A stretch of 63,596 nt of DNA, filler included, from Basidioascus undulatus (lineage: Eukaryota): assembly GCA_000826855.1 (NCBI GenBank). It is 6 parts of 6 records of this genome, joined end to end, with 100 filler letters (N's around TTAATTAATTAA, not from the genome) between each part and the next. Parts side by side here need not be neighbours in the genome. Positions count along the whole stretch, not along the records: positions 1 to 27,588 come from JTLS01000161.1; positions 27,689 to 34,793 come from JTLS01001612.1; positions 34,894 to 41,996 come from JTLS01001613.1; 3 more parts are not named here. One strand, written 5' to 3'. Shown one piece after another: positions 26,161-38,483 of this stretch; position 1 is the stretch's first letter; each line of letters opens with the position of its first letter. The notes beneath the pieces were generated by a model. It was given only the letters and a program-made list of their open reading frames with translations, was not told the DNA's origin and made no database searches. Made by a program: the position numbers and the translations under genes.

Positions 26161-27371
26161 CGAGACTTCTGGAAAAGTAGATAGAGGTATACTGGTTTGA
26201 TGTCGGGATACGGTCGTGAGGGGGATGTTCGTGGACGGTTGGGTGGCGAAGGACGGTTGGACTAGCTCGCAGGCCCTACGCCCGTAACGCCACGGACTAT
26301 GCCGTCAAAGACCGCCTCTTGCAAGCATGGACCGTTTCACTTGGGTGCCGTCATGGCGTAAGCTTCTGCTGCTCTGACAGGACAGGTCGACACTTGACCA
26401 CATGGACAGTCGACATTCAAGCAGCGCTCGGCACGCTCCCTTGTAGGTGTCTGCGGTGTCTGCGCAGGCATGATTCAGCCAATGCAGGATGCTTACCTCA
26501 TTATAATGTGAAAGCGATAATTTATAGAGCATAATGAGGTTATGGCTGTGACAGTTGTGGGACGATGCAAGGTCACAACTCACCCGACCGACAGACAGTG
26601 TGCGCAGCGCTTTCAACCCTGCCTGCAACCACAACATTCTTGCTCCTATATTGCGTTTATCGACTGGGATTCCACGAATACTCTATTTTCGAACAAAACA
26701 TATGCCGTTCCGCCCCTAACATGGCTGCTCTCAGGCGAACTGTGCTGCTCAATTGAGTCGCGCGGAGGCGCGGTAGGGGCTTGCTGTACTGCCTCCCTGG
26801 CAGGAAGCCTCGGGGTAGTCCCATAAAATGCAAGAGTCCGAAGGGTTTTGAATTGAATATCTGAAGGCAGGGATATGCTGGTCGATTAAAACAGTATGCA
26901 AACAGAGGATGCCAACCATGCATCCCATCGAAAGCGAACCTGCAACCTGCATGCAACCTGCACTTGGTCTGCGCCCGCACAGGACGTCCAGTTTGCCGGA
27001 AACGTATACACTCAAAGGCAACGTTGATTGGCTCCGACGAATACGCCTGCTCACATGGACTTCACCAGAAAACGTCGGTGCATGACATGCTTAAAACGAC
27101 CATCTCATCGCAAAAGCAACCCGAAGACTAGAGCCAAAATCAAAATCGAAGACATTAACTTCCCCCCCCGCCTTCTCCCGCAGGTACAGTAGGCCAGAAG
27201 CGGAGGCGCGGGGAGGAGGAGGAAGAATGAGAACGAAGAATGAGCGTGCGCGTGTGTGTGTGCGAGCAACAAAGGGGGTATCATCGAGTGCATGTGGGGG
27301 TGTTACTTGTGCGTGCGCGATGGTGGGAGAAGCGGAATGGAAAGGAGAGAGGAGGGGACGCGGGGCAAGGG

Positions 27372-27588
27372 TTAGATTCCGGTGGTTGCTGTGCGCGGGG
27401 AGGATTTAGCATGAGGGGGAAGAAAGAGGAGGGAAGGAGATGAGGCGCACCGTCGACTTCGATCGTCGGCACGATGGAGGCCATGAACTTGAGGACTGGA
27501 TGTGGCGGGTATGATCAGCTGGGAAACAGAGAGGAAAGAAGGTTCGTCCAGCCGTCCACGACTCACAGACGACAAGGTACATGTCGAC
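27372..27588 (-). CDS. ATG3: Autophagy E2-like enzyme Atg3, 3' end (contig-truncated)
   Basis: Three spliced pieces give [27 protein letters not shown], the conserved Atg3 C-terminus. Confidence 0.88.
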
Positions 27589-27688
27589 NNNNNNNNNNNN
27601 NNNNNNNNNNNNNNNNNNNNNNNNNNNNNNNNTTAATTAATTAANNNNNNNNNNNNNNNNNNNNNNNNNNNNNNNNNNNNNNNNNNNN
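27589..27688. other. Artificial contig linker
   Basis: 100 nt: N run + TTAATTAATTAA (stops in all six frames) + N run. Confidence 0.98.
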
Positions 27689-28216
27689 CGCTCCGAGCAG
27701 TCATTCGGCGGCACCTACGGCGTCTGCGGCGGCGACGCGCCGTCCTCCTCTACCCCGGACTCCGAGCCCAAGTGCCAGAACATCACGTCCGCGGCGGCCG
27801 CGCTGGAATGGACGACGGCGTTCGTCCTCGCGTTCTACTTCCTCACGCTCGCGCTCGACCTCTACCCCGCCGCCAAGTCCAGTCCGCGGTACCTGCGCCG
27901 TCTGGCGAAGTGGGAGGAGAAGGTGCGCGGTTCTTTCCCTTCCCCTCCCCCTTTCTCTTCCCCTTCCCCTTCCCCTTCCCTTTTCCTTCCCGCTTTCTCC
28001 GTTCTTCTTCTCCCTCATTTCCACCCCTTGCTAACGCATGCGCTTGAACAGCACATGGCCCACATCGACCACGCCCTCACCTCCGGCCCCGCCCCCGCCG
28101 GCCCGCCCGCCGGCCACGCCACGTCCATCCCCGACGACCGCACGGTCGTGGGCGACTCCGTCCCCATGCAGGAGGCGAAGGCCGGCCGCTGGGGAAAGCC
28201 GACGAAGGTCGTCTAA
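27689..28216 (+). CDS. Frag1/DRAM/Sfk1-family membrane protein, 3' end
   Basis: SAAAALEWTTAFVLAFYFLTLALDLYPAAK followed by one intron and a last exon ending GKPTKVV*. Confidence 0.8.
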   Translation, partial: RSEQSFGGTYGVCGGDAPSSSTPDSEPKCQNITSAAAALEWTTAFVLAFYFLTLALDLYPAAKSSPRYLRRLAKWEEKVRGSFPSPPPFSSPSPSPSLFLPAFSVLLLPHFHPLLTHALEQHMAHIDHALTSGPAPAGPPAGHATSIPDDRTVVGDSVPMQEAKAGRWGKPTKVV

Positions 28217-28899
28217 AACCCCTCCCACCTCCCCATCTTATTCACCATATCCTCACTCCTTCCACTCATCCCTTTCATTCCTTCGCTTTCTCCCTTCACT
28301 CCCGGAACGGCGAGATCGGATTCCGTTACCGCACGCTGCACTAGAACTCTTCTTATCTAATCCCCCTGATATGCTCCGCAGCGGGAGATACCTTATTCGC
28401 TAGTCGCTAGCTGTACTTTTGTTGACGCGAACTTCTTGTACGGATAGAAACGACTCGCGCGATACAGACTTGATCGGTTTGGAATGGTGGGCAAACGCAG
28501 TGTGCAGTGGGGTGGGCGGATGCCCTGGCCAGGGCACGTAGGCCTGGACCGAAGTCATGCTGGCTGTATCAGGTGAGTCGGGCTTGATACCATCAAGCTG
28601 AAATTATTGTTTGCGGCGCTCGCTGATGGGCGTCCAGAACCTTCCTACTCGATTCAGCCGTCCTCCGACACCGCAATGTCACCCCCGCAGCGCAGCGCAC
28701 GGTGAGCCGTCTTCCTCTTGTTGACGAGTTCCTACGTACCCTTGTTGATTGCTGTAAGACGGTCAAGGGGTGCTGTTAGGAACGCGGCCTGCGACTACCT
28801 ATACGAGACGCGGATGCAGGCGCAAGCTGCAGGCATGACCTGCGTGGCAAGAACAAAAGGTGCAAATCATATACGGATAAACATTCGAACAGGTCGCAT

Positions 28900-29650
28900 T
28901 ATGTGGTTTCTTCACGGAAACCACCAAATCCTTCTCCAAATCGCCCATTTCATCGATCGCCCAGCCCTCGCTCGAGGGAACCGCACCGACAGGAACGCTG
29001 CGATAATGACATACTCCTCCTCGTACGCTTCTCTGACGCGATCCTCCACAGCCTGCACCACAATCTCGTCCAAACACGCGTCTCTTTCAATTCAAAATGA
29101 GCCGTAGTAATACGACAACATCGGCCACGAATCACCTAACCCTCGCACGCGAACGACGACCTCACGCAGGGCCGGGAGGTTCAGGCCTTCGAGCATGGGC
29201 CACAAGATCGGTGCGCAAGGATCACTGGCCCCGGGGTTCCCCTCCGGGTAAAGTTCCACAGCGAACTTCTCTATACACTGGCCCTCGCGCGAGAGGATCT
29301 TGTTCCACTGCTGCGGGGCTTTGAGCGACTCGGCCGAGGTGACCATGTACAGAGGGTGAGCTCCCTGGGAAGCCGAAACTCGAGCTCCTCGGCTGAGGTG
29401 GAAGTGACATGAAGTTGGCGCGAAGTGAAGCGAGATGCTGAAGCGAGGCGATGGCGGGCACGAGGTCTCAACGGTTGGCGGATGAGAAAGTCCACAGATT
29501 CGGCATCGATCGTAAGGCTAGCGCTGTGGCTTTCGAGAACTGACGGTGCGCCAGGGATTATTAAGCTGGGCTGAAAAGGTCTTGTGGTGTAAGGGCGAGA
29601 AGTACCAGGGCTGGAGTGAACTCGGGGTGACATGGAAAGACGGCTTTATT
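28900..29650 (-). pseudogene. Degenerate gene remnant (F-box/LRR-like fragments)
   Basis: Coding-like pieces (LQHLASLRAN, LNLPALREVVV) in different frames with stops. Confidence 0.25.
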
Positions 29651-30179
29651 TCCCAAGCGCCGCACTTCTGCGCCGCGGGTCACAGGTAATCGAAGCTAGC
29701 TCGTTCGAAAACGAAGTTTGACCAGAGCCGAAGTTGATCTGAGTTCCAAGTCAATGCGAGCTTCGCGAGCCTCCATGCGAATGCCGAGTGTCGACATCGG
29801 ACAATGAGGAACAACGAAAGCGAGCGGACGAAACAACCTGGTCACGAGCATCGGTGGCGACGAAGGTAAGACTTGGTGAGAGTAAAGAGTATATGAAAAC
29901 CGAAGGGCGTAAGTTATAATGGCATTGGATGAAGCTTGAAACCAGACCTTTCTCTTCCATCCTTGAGATCAACCCATTTGCAGTGTCTCCATAAACCGGT
30001 CCGCTCGCAGCGCACGCAGCCCAGGCAGCCGGGGAACTGCGCAGAACTTCGCTGTCTTTCCGCCTTGCTAGAACCGAGCCAGCAATATGTGTGCTTGCCG
30101 GGCTGTGCTTGCCAGGGCCATCCAGCCCATCGCCCAGCCTCACTTTGGTGGCCGCTGCGTGCCGCAGCCTTGTCGCAGT

Positions 30180-30187
30180 ATATAAAC
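30180..30187 (+). promoter_or_regulatory. TATA box
   Basis: TATAAA about 90 nt upstream of the ATG at 30275. Confidence 0.5.
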
Positions 30188-30274
30188 CTTTACTAGTTGG
30201 TGTCTACAAGCAGACCAGCATCCACCCACTCCCAATTCACTTCTAACTTCCACCTTTCCTTAAAACCTGTAGAT

Positions 30275-31040
30275 ATGCGCACCACCCTCATACTCTCGGT
30301 TCTCTCCCTCTCGGCTACCACGGCCTTCGCCGCTGCGCTGCCAGGCTTCCGCACTGGCACGTCGGGCATTCGGCAGCTTGTGGGGGGGGGATGGGCATAA
30401 GGGCGAGCACCATAAGAAAGAGGTGATTTTCCCCACATCTGTAAGGTATACACTGGCTAACATTCGTGTCCGCAATCTTCAGCACTACAAACCGAAGCAC
30501 TATGTCAAGAAGGTCAAGCACAAGCCCAAGAAGGTCGAGTCCAAGCCGAAGAAGGTAAAGCACAAGGTACGTTGACACTTTACCTCTTATATCCAGGTCG
30601 CAAGAATACTAATGATTATGAGACAAGCAGCAGGAGAAGCCGAAGGAGATTGCGAAGATCGTTGAAAAACCGGTGTACAAGGTTATCGAGAAGCCCGTGA
30701 TCAAGGAGAAGATCGTGGAGAAGCCGGTGGAGGTCATCAAGTACATCGAGAAGCCTGAGAACAAGAAGGAGGAGAAGCCGAAGGAGAAGAAGAAGGACGA
30801 GAAAAAGGTGCAGTCAGGGCTTCGGTTCTTCCATTGTACACTCGGAGACAGTTGCTGATGTTTGGGCGATAGGATGACAATAAGAAGGATGGCAAGAAGG
30901 ATGGCAAGCATGACGATGACGAGAAAGATGACAAGAAGAAGGACGATAGGGACGGTGATGAAATGAAGAAGGGTGGCAACGGCGCCGGGGACACCGATGG
31001 TCAACGCGACGGCGACAACGGCAACGATGGCGGCAACTGA
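30275..31040 (+). CDS. Secreted Lys/His-rich repetitive protein, frameshifted in a G9 run
   Basis: Signal peptide MRTTLILSVLSLSATTAFAAA. Downstream exons HYKPKHYVKK.., IVEKPVYKVIEKPVIKEKIVEKPVEVIKYIEKP and DDNKKDGKK.. join only if G9 (30382-30390) is G8. Confidence 0.7.
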
Positions 31041-32081
31041 GCGCTTTCACAGTCTCCCTGTAGGATTGCTAATTGTACTGGAGCTGCATTTACGGATCTT
31101 CTACGGAATGTCGAGCCGGGGCTCAAGACCTCTCGTGCAGTCTTGAGCAACGACCTCGAGCTCGTCACTGCGTTGGAGCAAACATTCGTCCTGATTTAGT
31201 GAGAGCTGTATCAAAGAACTTTGTGCCTCATGGAGAAGAAGATCGGATGGTGGTTGTTTAAAGTATGCATGATGACTCGAGAACGCAGCGTCCTTTCACT
31301 TGCACCCATCGTCCATCTTGCAAGCAGTCGCAGCCCTCGTTTAGAAACGTTGCTGATCTCTGAGAGAGAGAGCAAAATTGTACAACTTCTAGGTCTGTCC
31401 TCAGGGTTGGATGTTGTATACTTTTTGCTAGCTCTTCCGGATTCGAGTGCAGCCGCCGAGGGAGATGACAGGTGCGAACTTAATGGAGTGCAGTCCAGGC
31501 GTACAAGCTATAAGGAGGAGAAATTTATCGATCCTAGTGGCCAAATTCGACATCGACTTGTCCTGGTCGGTCAAGATCTCGACTTGATCCGACCGCGCAA
31601 CCGCCTGCAACCCGCGTCCGCTGTTGCCGGAGACTGCTGCGCTTTTCACGCACCTTCGCGCCTCCCCGACGCAATTCTGGGTGTCTGAATTAGTAAGAAA
31701 TATTTCAGAAATAATTCGTAGGTAGGTTGTAGGTGTGTTGCACGGGGCTGAGGAGCCGACTCGGAGACTGCGACGGTCACCCTAGCCGGCCACATCGAAG
31801 CAGGAATTCCCTTCGCCCCGTGGAACAGAGAATGCCCCGGTATTGGGCTCCTTTGGGTTCCACCAGCTGGGTATATATAGTAGTACTGTTAGCTACTCAC
31901 ATCTTCGATCGTGTTCGCGTTGCCCCGACGGGCCCCGCCGTGCAATCGGCCCGCACCTCCTTCCTGACATGCACAACTTGGCACTGCAAGTCCTGTAAAA
32001 TCATGACCAGCCTGCGTCCTCAAAAACTTCATCCACTTCTTCAGTCAACCATTCTACGATCATCCTTGAAGCTTCTCCCAA

Positions 32082-33362
32082 ACGGCCAACCGTCTTGTCT
32101 CCATCGTGACCGGTGAGTTGTTTCTTTTGACCACGCCGCTGTCGCCCTGTCTGATTGCATGCACGCACTGGCATGTTCCATAGGCGGAGCGTCGGGCATT
32201 GGTCTTGCCCTCACTCGCCATATTATCAAGCAAGGGTGAGTAGAATTTCGCTTAGTTTAACATGTCATTAAGCCTTGACAACCCTGACTGCAGAGGCCGC
32301 GTTGCCGTTGCCGATGTGGAACCTCGCTGCCGGAGAAGAGCTCGTCGCAGAGCTGAACAGGGACTCGCTCGAGTATGTATTCTGCATACAATAATTTTAA
32401 GAAGATTGACCTTTAATCTACCTTTGTAGTTCCGCCTCCTTCCACAAGACCGACGTGAGTGAATTCGAGCAGCAAGTCGCTCTGTTCCGTGCTGCACAGA
32501 CTGCCTGGAGACGCATTGATCAAGGTGTGTCGTATGGGCACCTCCTGCATTATCTCTCACCGTAGTAATAAAATAGCCCTTTCCCTCCTATAGTCTTCGC
32601 CAACGCCGATATCTCCGAGGAGCCGCACGCGTTCCTGCAGGTGGGGTTTGCGGATGCATCCCAAGACTACGTGAAGCCCCCGACGGCCGTCCTTGACGTT
32701 AACATCAACAGCGCCTTCTACACTGCGTCTCTGACTCTCCAACACTTCAAGAAGTACAACAAGGATCAGGACGGCAAGATCGTTGTGACGGGGTCGATGA
32801 CGTGAGTTGTTGAAACGCCTGTAAGCGTTTCCCGTCGATCTTAGCTCGTTCTACGCGAGCAACCCCTTCGTACAGTACCCTGGCTCGAAGCACGCTGTGG
32901 CGGGTCTGTTCCGGTCTCTGGGCTGCGACACCCTCAAAGAGGGCATTACCGTGAACGCTGGTGAGCATGCGACAATGCTCCTCGAGACTGCGCACTGGCT
33001 TGATCCTTCCCATCGGAATAGTCTGTCCGAACGTGATCTGTGTGTCCAACTTTAGAATATACTGAAAGCTCATATATGCGCCATTTCTAACGCTTCGGTC
33101 ATGCCAGATACTCCGATGGCAGAGGTGACGGGGAACCCGCTCTTCAACGCCACGCCAATGGCCACAGTTCTGCAGACCTTCGACCGGGCTTTGGACCTGA
33201 ATGTAGGTAAGTTGTGGACTACTGAAACTTACAAGGCGCTTGCCCGGTCTTCGACCAGGCACTTGCATCGAGTGCAGTGGCGAAGACGTCGAGATTCGGG
33301 AGCAGACACCTTTCTTGAACGAGGCCGCTCGCGTTTGCATCGGCATCATGGACTCCCGCTGA
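32082..33362 (+). pseudogene. Short-chain dehydrogenase/reductase (15-PGDH-like), disrupted
   Basis: IVTGGASGIG, FANAD (for NAG), VLDVN, YPGSKHAV (YxxxK), VNAVCP. One extra base near 32319, and ACG at the expected start. Confidence 0.8.
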
Positions 33363-33807
33363 GGGTAGCCACTCCCACGTTTTACATGTCCTGAATAGCC
33401 ACGTTCTTCCTTTCACTTGATTCAGTACTTGTCATAGTCCACTTCATACTTCTTTCTCCGATCCATCGTAAAAAAAGTTTCCCACCCGTGCCGCTAGCGT
33501 CCATTGTCCTGCCCTACACTGCTGAAGTGAAATCATGGTCCTGTTACTTTTTCGTTCCAGCCTGTGCTCGCTTTGTAAGGAGTTCAACAGGAGGTTTTAG
33601 TAGGCAGGCTGCCGGTCTTCGCGCCGCTCATGTGGATACTGTCCGCAACGAGACCAAACCTCCGCCATGCAGACAGGCGCATCGTTGAAAACCGAGATCA
33701 ATTGTACAAGCATTGCAGAAACAAAAACAAAAAACAAAATGCGAAAATAAAACGACCACTCCCCTCGTCCTCACCACCCTCCTCCTATCCTACTACTCCG
33801 CCCGGGC

Positions 33808-34793
33808 TCAGCTAGGCAGCGCCCGCTTGACTGCCTCCTTCTGGCTCTCAGACAGCTTGTCGGGGAACTGGATGTCCCAGTTGATCTTTAGGTCGCCCTT
33901 GCTCTTGCCTGTTCAACCAAGCACCACGAGAACAAAGGGAAAAAAAGGTCAGCACAGATAAATGAAGGTTATGAGGGAAGGGAGCAGGACGACGCACCAC
34001 CACCCTTGGAGATGGGCATGCCCTCGCCGACCTTGATACTCTTCTGGCCGGGCTTGACGACGGGGGGTGGGACGGCGATGTTAAGCTTGCGCCCGTCGAG
34101 GTGCTCGAGCGTCTTGGTCGCCCCGCCCGTGAGCGCCTCGACGAGCGGCAGCTTGAGGGAGGCGATCAGGTCGTCGCCGTCGCGCTGGAATCTTGGCGCG
34201 GTGTGAGGTGGGGTGTCAGTGGGAGGTTTGGGATGAGGGAGGAAGATAGAGAGAGAAAAGGGGGAGGAGGAGTAGCTTACCGAGGATGGGGCTTCTGCTC
34301 GACGACGAAGACGATATCTTGCGTCGATCCGTCGGGAAGGTCGTTCCCCGTGTGCGCGAACCGGACCTTCGTCCCCGGCTTCCAACCCGGCTTGACCTGC
34401 ACATTGCCCAAAAAGAACAGTGAAATGAGCGAGAGTCCTGCGTGCGACGGACATGGATCTGGTCGGACGCACCTGGATCTCGAGGATCTTCTCCTCGGTG
34501 CTGCCGTCGAGGAGCTTGCGGCTAATCTTGAGGCGCTTCTGCGTGCCGTGGTAGAGCTCCTCGAGCGTGAGCGCGAGCGGGCGCGTGATCTCGCTCGGCT
34601 GGGACGGCTTCTCGGGTTGGGCCTGGCGCCGGGCGGACGTGCGTGGGCGCGAGCTGCGAAAGCCGCCTGGCAAGTCTGTACCTTCCCCGTCAGCATCGTT
34701 CCGTTCCACCCTCGTGCTCTCTAAGCCAGACGACGCACCGTCCGTGTCCATCGGCATCCCCCCGAACCCGCCGCCGCCACCGCTCCGCGTCGT
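33808..34793 (-). CDS. SIS1: Type II Hsp40/DnaJ (Sis1-like), 3' part
   Basis: G/M-rich linker, LTLEELYHG, VKPGWKPGTKVRF, FQRDGDDL, LVEALTG, GEGMPISK, KGDL..FP. Confidence 0.9.
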
Positions 34794-34893
34794 NNNNNNN
34801 NNNNNNNNNNNNNNNNNNNNNNNNNNNNNNNNNNNNNTTAATTAATTAANNNNNNNNNNNNNNNNNNNNNNNNNNNNNNNNNNNNNNNNNNNN
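34794..34893. other. Artificial contig linker
   Basis: N + TTAATTAATTAA + N, 100 nt. Confidence 0.98.
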
Positions 34894-36115
34894 GCTCCTA
34901 CGCGCGCGCGTGGTGGGCGTCGGCTGTGGTGTCGGTGGTCCGGCGCGGGAGATTGCACGCTTTACGGACGCGAAGATCACCGGCCTCAACAACAACGCGT
35001 TCCAGCTCGGCCGCGCGCGCAAATACACCGAGAAGGCGGGGCTCTCGGGGCAGGTGGACTTTGTCAAGGGGTGCGTCTTCTCTTTCTGGCCTCGGGGCGA
35101 ACGGTAAAGTGAACAAACCTAACGGGTGGGTGGGTGTCTGCAGCGACTTCATGAAGCTGTCTGAGCAGTTCGGCGAGAACTCGTTCGATGCGGGTGCGCT
35201 TTGTAATGGCGACCACAAAGCGCGTTCTTGCCGGCTGACATGCGAGGAGGCACGCAGTCTACGCGATTGAGGCGACCGTGCACGCCCCGGTCTTCGAGGG
35301 TGTCTATGGCGAGATCTTCAAGATCCTGAAGCCCGGGGGTGTCTTCGGTGTCTAGTGAGTCTTCGCGGCGTCTTCCTTCCCAAAGCTGAACACGCCAGCT
35401 AATCATCCCTGGCGCAAAACAGTGAGTGGTGCATGACGGACGCCTGGGACCCGTCCAACCCTGAGCACAAGAAGATTGCGCACGGCATCGAGGTGCGTGC
35501 ACCCTTCGTGGTAGAAGTGTGTTGGACACGCGTGTGACGAGACCCGATGGATGGCGTGCAGGTTGGCGACGGTATCCCCGAGATGCGCAACATCGCCGCT
35601 GCCCGGGAGGCGCTCAAGAAGGTCGGCTTCGAGATCATGCACGAGGAGGACCTCGCCGACCGGCCCGACCCGATCCCGTGGTACTACGTGCGTGTCTGTT
35701 CGTTTCCAGCAGTCCTTATCTCCCTTCCGTCACCCTCCTACCTTGTCAATGCCCTCATCCTTTGTCGCTGATCATCGCCTGCGACTTTTCCGTCCGCAGC
35801 CGCTCGAAGGCGACATCCGCAAGATCCAGACGCTCTGGGACGCGGTTATGGTCTGGCGCATGACGACCTTCGGTAAGTTCGTCACGCAAAATACCGTCAA
35901 GCTGCTCGAGAAGGTGGGCCTGGCGCCGAAGGGCACGTACGAGGTCGGCGAGGCGCTCAAGGTCGCCGCCGACGCGCTGGTTGCCGGTGGGCAGACCAAG
36001 GTACATCCCAGTCACTACTCTCCCAATCTACCCACAGAACCGCTCACGTTTCCGTCTCAATGTCGAACAGCTCTTCACCCCCATGATGCTCTGGGTCTGC
36101 AAGAAGCCGCAGTGA
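34894..36115 (+). CDS. ERG6: Sterol 24-C-methyltransferase, 3' part
   Basis: [68 protein letters not shown]. Confidence 0.97.
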
Positions 36116-37440
36116 GCGACTTGCTCGCGCCCGGCCGCTCCCTCCTTTCGAGAGCGCCAGGACCATTCACCTTCTTTCATTCGTTCCTCCTGCTCATTTG
36201 CGTATACCCATCATGTTATCACACTTTTGTAGTACTGCTTTTCGTCTTCTCTCATTGGGACACGGACCTAGAATCGGATGCACATGCACTGCTCGAACCT
36301 CGACTTTGTTTGAATGTCGGCCGAAATGTGTGCTCTGTCTGCTCCTGCCACTCGACCCGTAGCTGATGGGCAAAGTCGTTCGAAGTTCAAGAGTTCTTGA
36401 ACCGGGATGCTCCCCAGGAGAGCAGGATGACAGCGGCGGGGGTGAATCTGACTAGGGCACCTGCATGCTTGGGCTTACGCGGCTCCAGGCATGGTCCACC
36501 AAATACATCTCTAGATCAATGAAGCTCTAGATCAATGAAGCTAGTCAGGAATGGCACCCAGGTCTGGCAACTCCGTTTCCACGTCATTGCGGTATACATG
36601 AACAAACAGACTTGCAGCGAAGGAAGGAAACGGAGCAACCACGAGGACGACTGACCCACCCCACCCACAACACGACGGAAGGGCACGCAATAGCTCTTGG
36701 GCCAGCAGAGGATCACGGAAAATGTATTGACGGGAGAGCAGCATTGCAGTACAGAGCTGTTGGACGGGAAGCAGCGGGGAGACGGAGATCTGTAGAGCAA
36801 CGGAGAAGTCGAAGTCAGCACACTTGGATTTCATCAACAACCACCGCAGGGCTCGTCCGGATGTGATCAGGGACTTGAATGGGTAGGTAAACCCCCATGT
36901 TGGTGCACGATTCCTCCTCCATCCCGAAAGACTTCGCAGAAGCCGCACACCTCGGGACCTCGTATGTTTTCATCTCTTCGCTCGCGGACGAGCTTTGTAA
37001 ATGCTATGAAGAGTTGCGCACTCACCTCGGACTGGGAAGGACTGAATGGCGGACGAATGATGGGAGATGTGGTGCAAGAGAGGTGAACGACGTGAGCAAC
37101 GAAGAGAGCAGACGTCGGCGGCGGCGCTTCGGAAACTTGAGCAGGACGAAGACGCGCTAACCCCGCAATTTAGGGTTCCGCACAGAGCAGGCGCGTGCGA
37201 AACGCAGTGTGGCAATTCACAACGCCGACAGGGCCAGGGTATAAGAAGGCCTCGCCCCTTTACCTCTTTGATCCCCATCTTTGTGCTCGGGCACGAGCTC
37301 TTATCAGTGAGGAGAAATCCGAGATAGAGCATTTGCTGGTTGCAAACAAACATCCTACCCACTCGACTGTTGCCTTCGTGCACTTTCGGACTTTTTTGCG
37401 GCCTCCGGGCCATCGTTCTTCTTTCTCTTTATTGGTGTCG

Positions 37441-37510
37441 CAACCCTAACCCTATTGCAACTAACCCTATTGCAACCTATCGAGTGCTCTATCAAGTCTA
37501 TCGAGTGCTT
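37441..37510 (+). repeat. Short tandem duplications including telomere-like AACCCTAACCCT
   Basis: CTAACCCTATTGCAA x2 followed by CTATCGAGTGCT x2. Confidence 0.6.
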
Positions 37511-38219
37511 ATTATTCGTCTGAAGTGACTAGGATATCTGCATGGGAAATCAGTCATAATGCAGAGATCAGAAGGCAGACATGAACAACAAAAGGGCGGT
37601 AGACACCTGCAGCGTGCAGTCCATGCGCGGAGGCTGCGCGGTGAGCATGGTCGCGAAGGGTCGTCCAGGTGAACACAGTGCGCGATACGAACATCATTTG
37701 ATGTTTCGGGATCTCCGCAGGCCTCCTGTAAACTTCTGGGCAGATGATTCCTCGAGCCCGGGGTGTTTGATAGTGCTTCGGGTATGCAGACCTTCCGCAG
37801 ACACGCAGGACCGACTCGAGAAAGTCGAGCTCAAGTGGTCCGGCCGCCTGGCAATGACTGGGCGGCATGATACAGAAAATTGGAAAAGATGGAAATTCTT
37901 TGCCATCACTCTTATGTTTTCGTGTGAAGTGGTACATGGAGATACACAGGAAACAAAACGGTGTGTGTTCCGCTACACAACGGCGCCGTCACAAGCTGGC
38001 TGGATCATGACCCATAGCTTCCCCAGGGCACGCCTTACTTTTTTCCAGAATTGATGTGACGGTGCTGAAGGTGGTAGTCATGGCAGAATGGCACACGAAA
38101 GAGCATTCCTATGTAGCAGGAGCACGCCATGTGGCCCCCTTTGATCCAAAGAGCAAATAACAGCAAAGCTAAGAACCCTAGACAAGAAAACACCACCATG
38201 TGATTGTCCCTCGACATGT

Positions 38220-38483
38220 TCAAACGTTGCCAACGTCCTTGACAAGGTTCTTCAGCAGGGTAAGGACCGTGTTGGCGTGTCATTGAAAAGGCTCGCCAAT
38301 GACCTGGCCGACACCGGTGTTCGTTCCGTTGCCAGTGTTGACTGTACACCAGACGCCAAATGTAAGAATGTTTTTTTTAAAATGGCGAAGAAGTCGAATC
38401 GTACTGGCACGAGGCTGCAAGGCAGCCGGAAGGGCCGACCCAACGGCGGCGACCGCGAGAATGGGCGCAAGGGAGAACTTCAG
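38220..38483 (-). pseudogene. Small secreted peptide gene lacking an in-frame ATG
   Basis: (CTG)KFSLAPILAVAAVGSALPAALQPRA, GT-AG intron, INTGNGTNTGVGQVIGE; TATAAAA at 38572-38578 on the same strand. Confidence 0.5.

Noticed and set aside
27633..27644. TTAATTAATTAA repeated every about 7.2 kb as a biological repeat or piggyBac TTAA site
   Set aside because: Always centred in N runs of fixed length; it is a six-frame stop linker.
37441..37470. Telomerase RNA template (AACCCTAACCCT)
   Set aside because: Explained by a local tandem duplication; no pseudoknot or other supporting element recognised.
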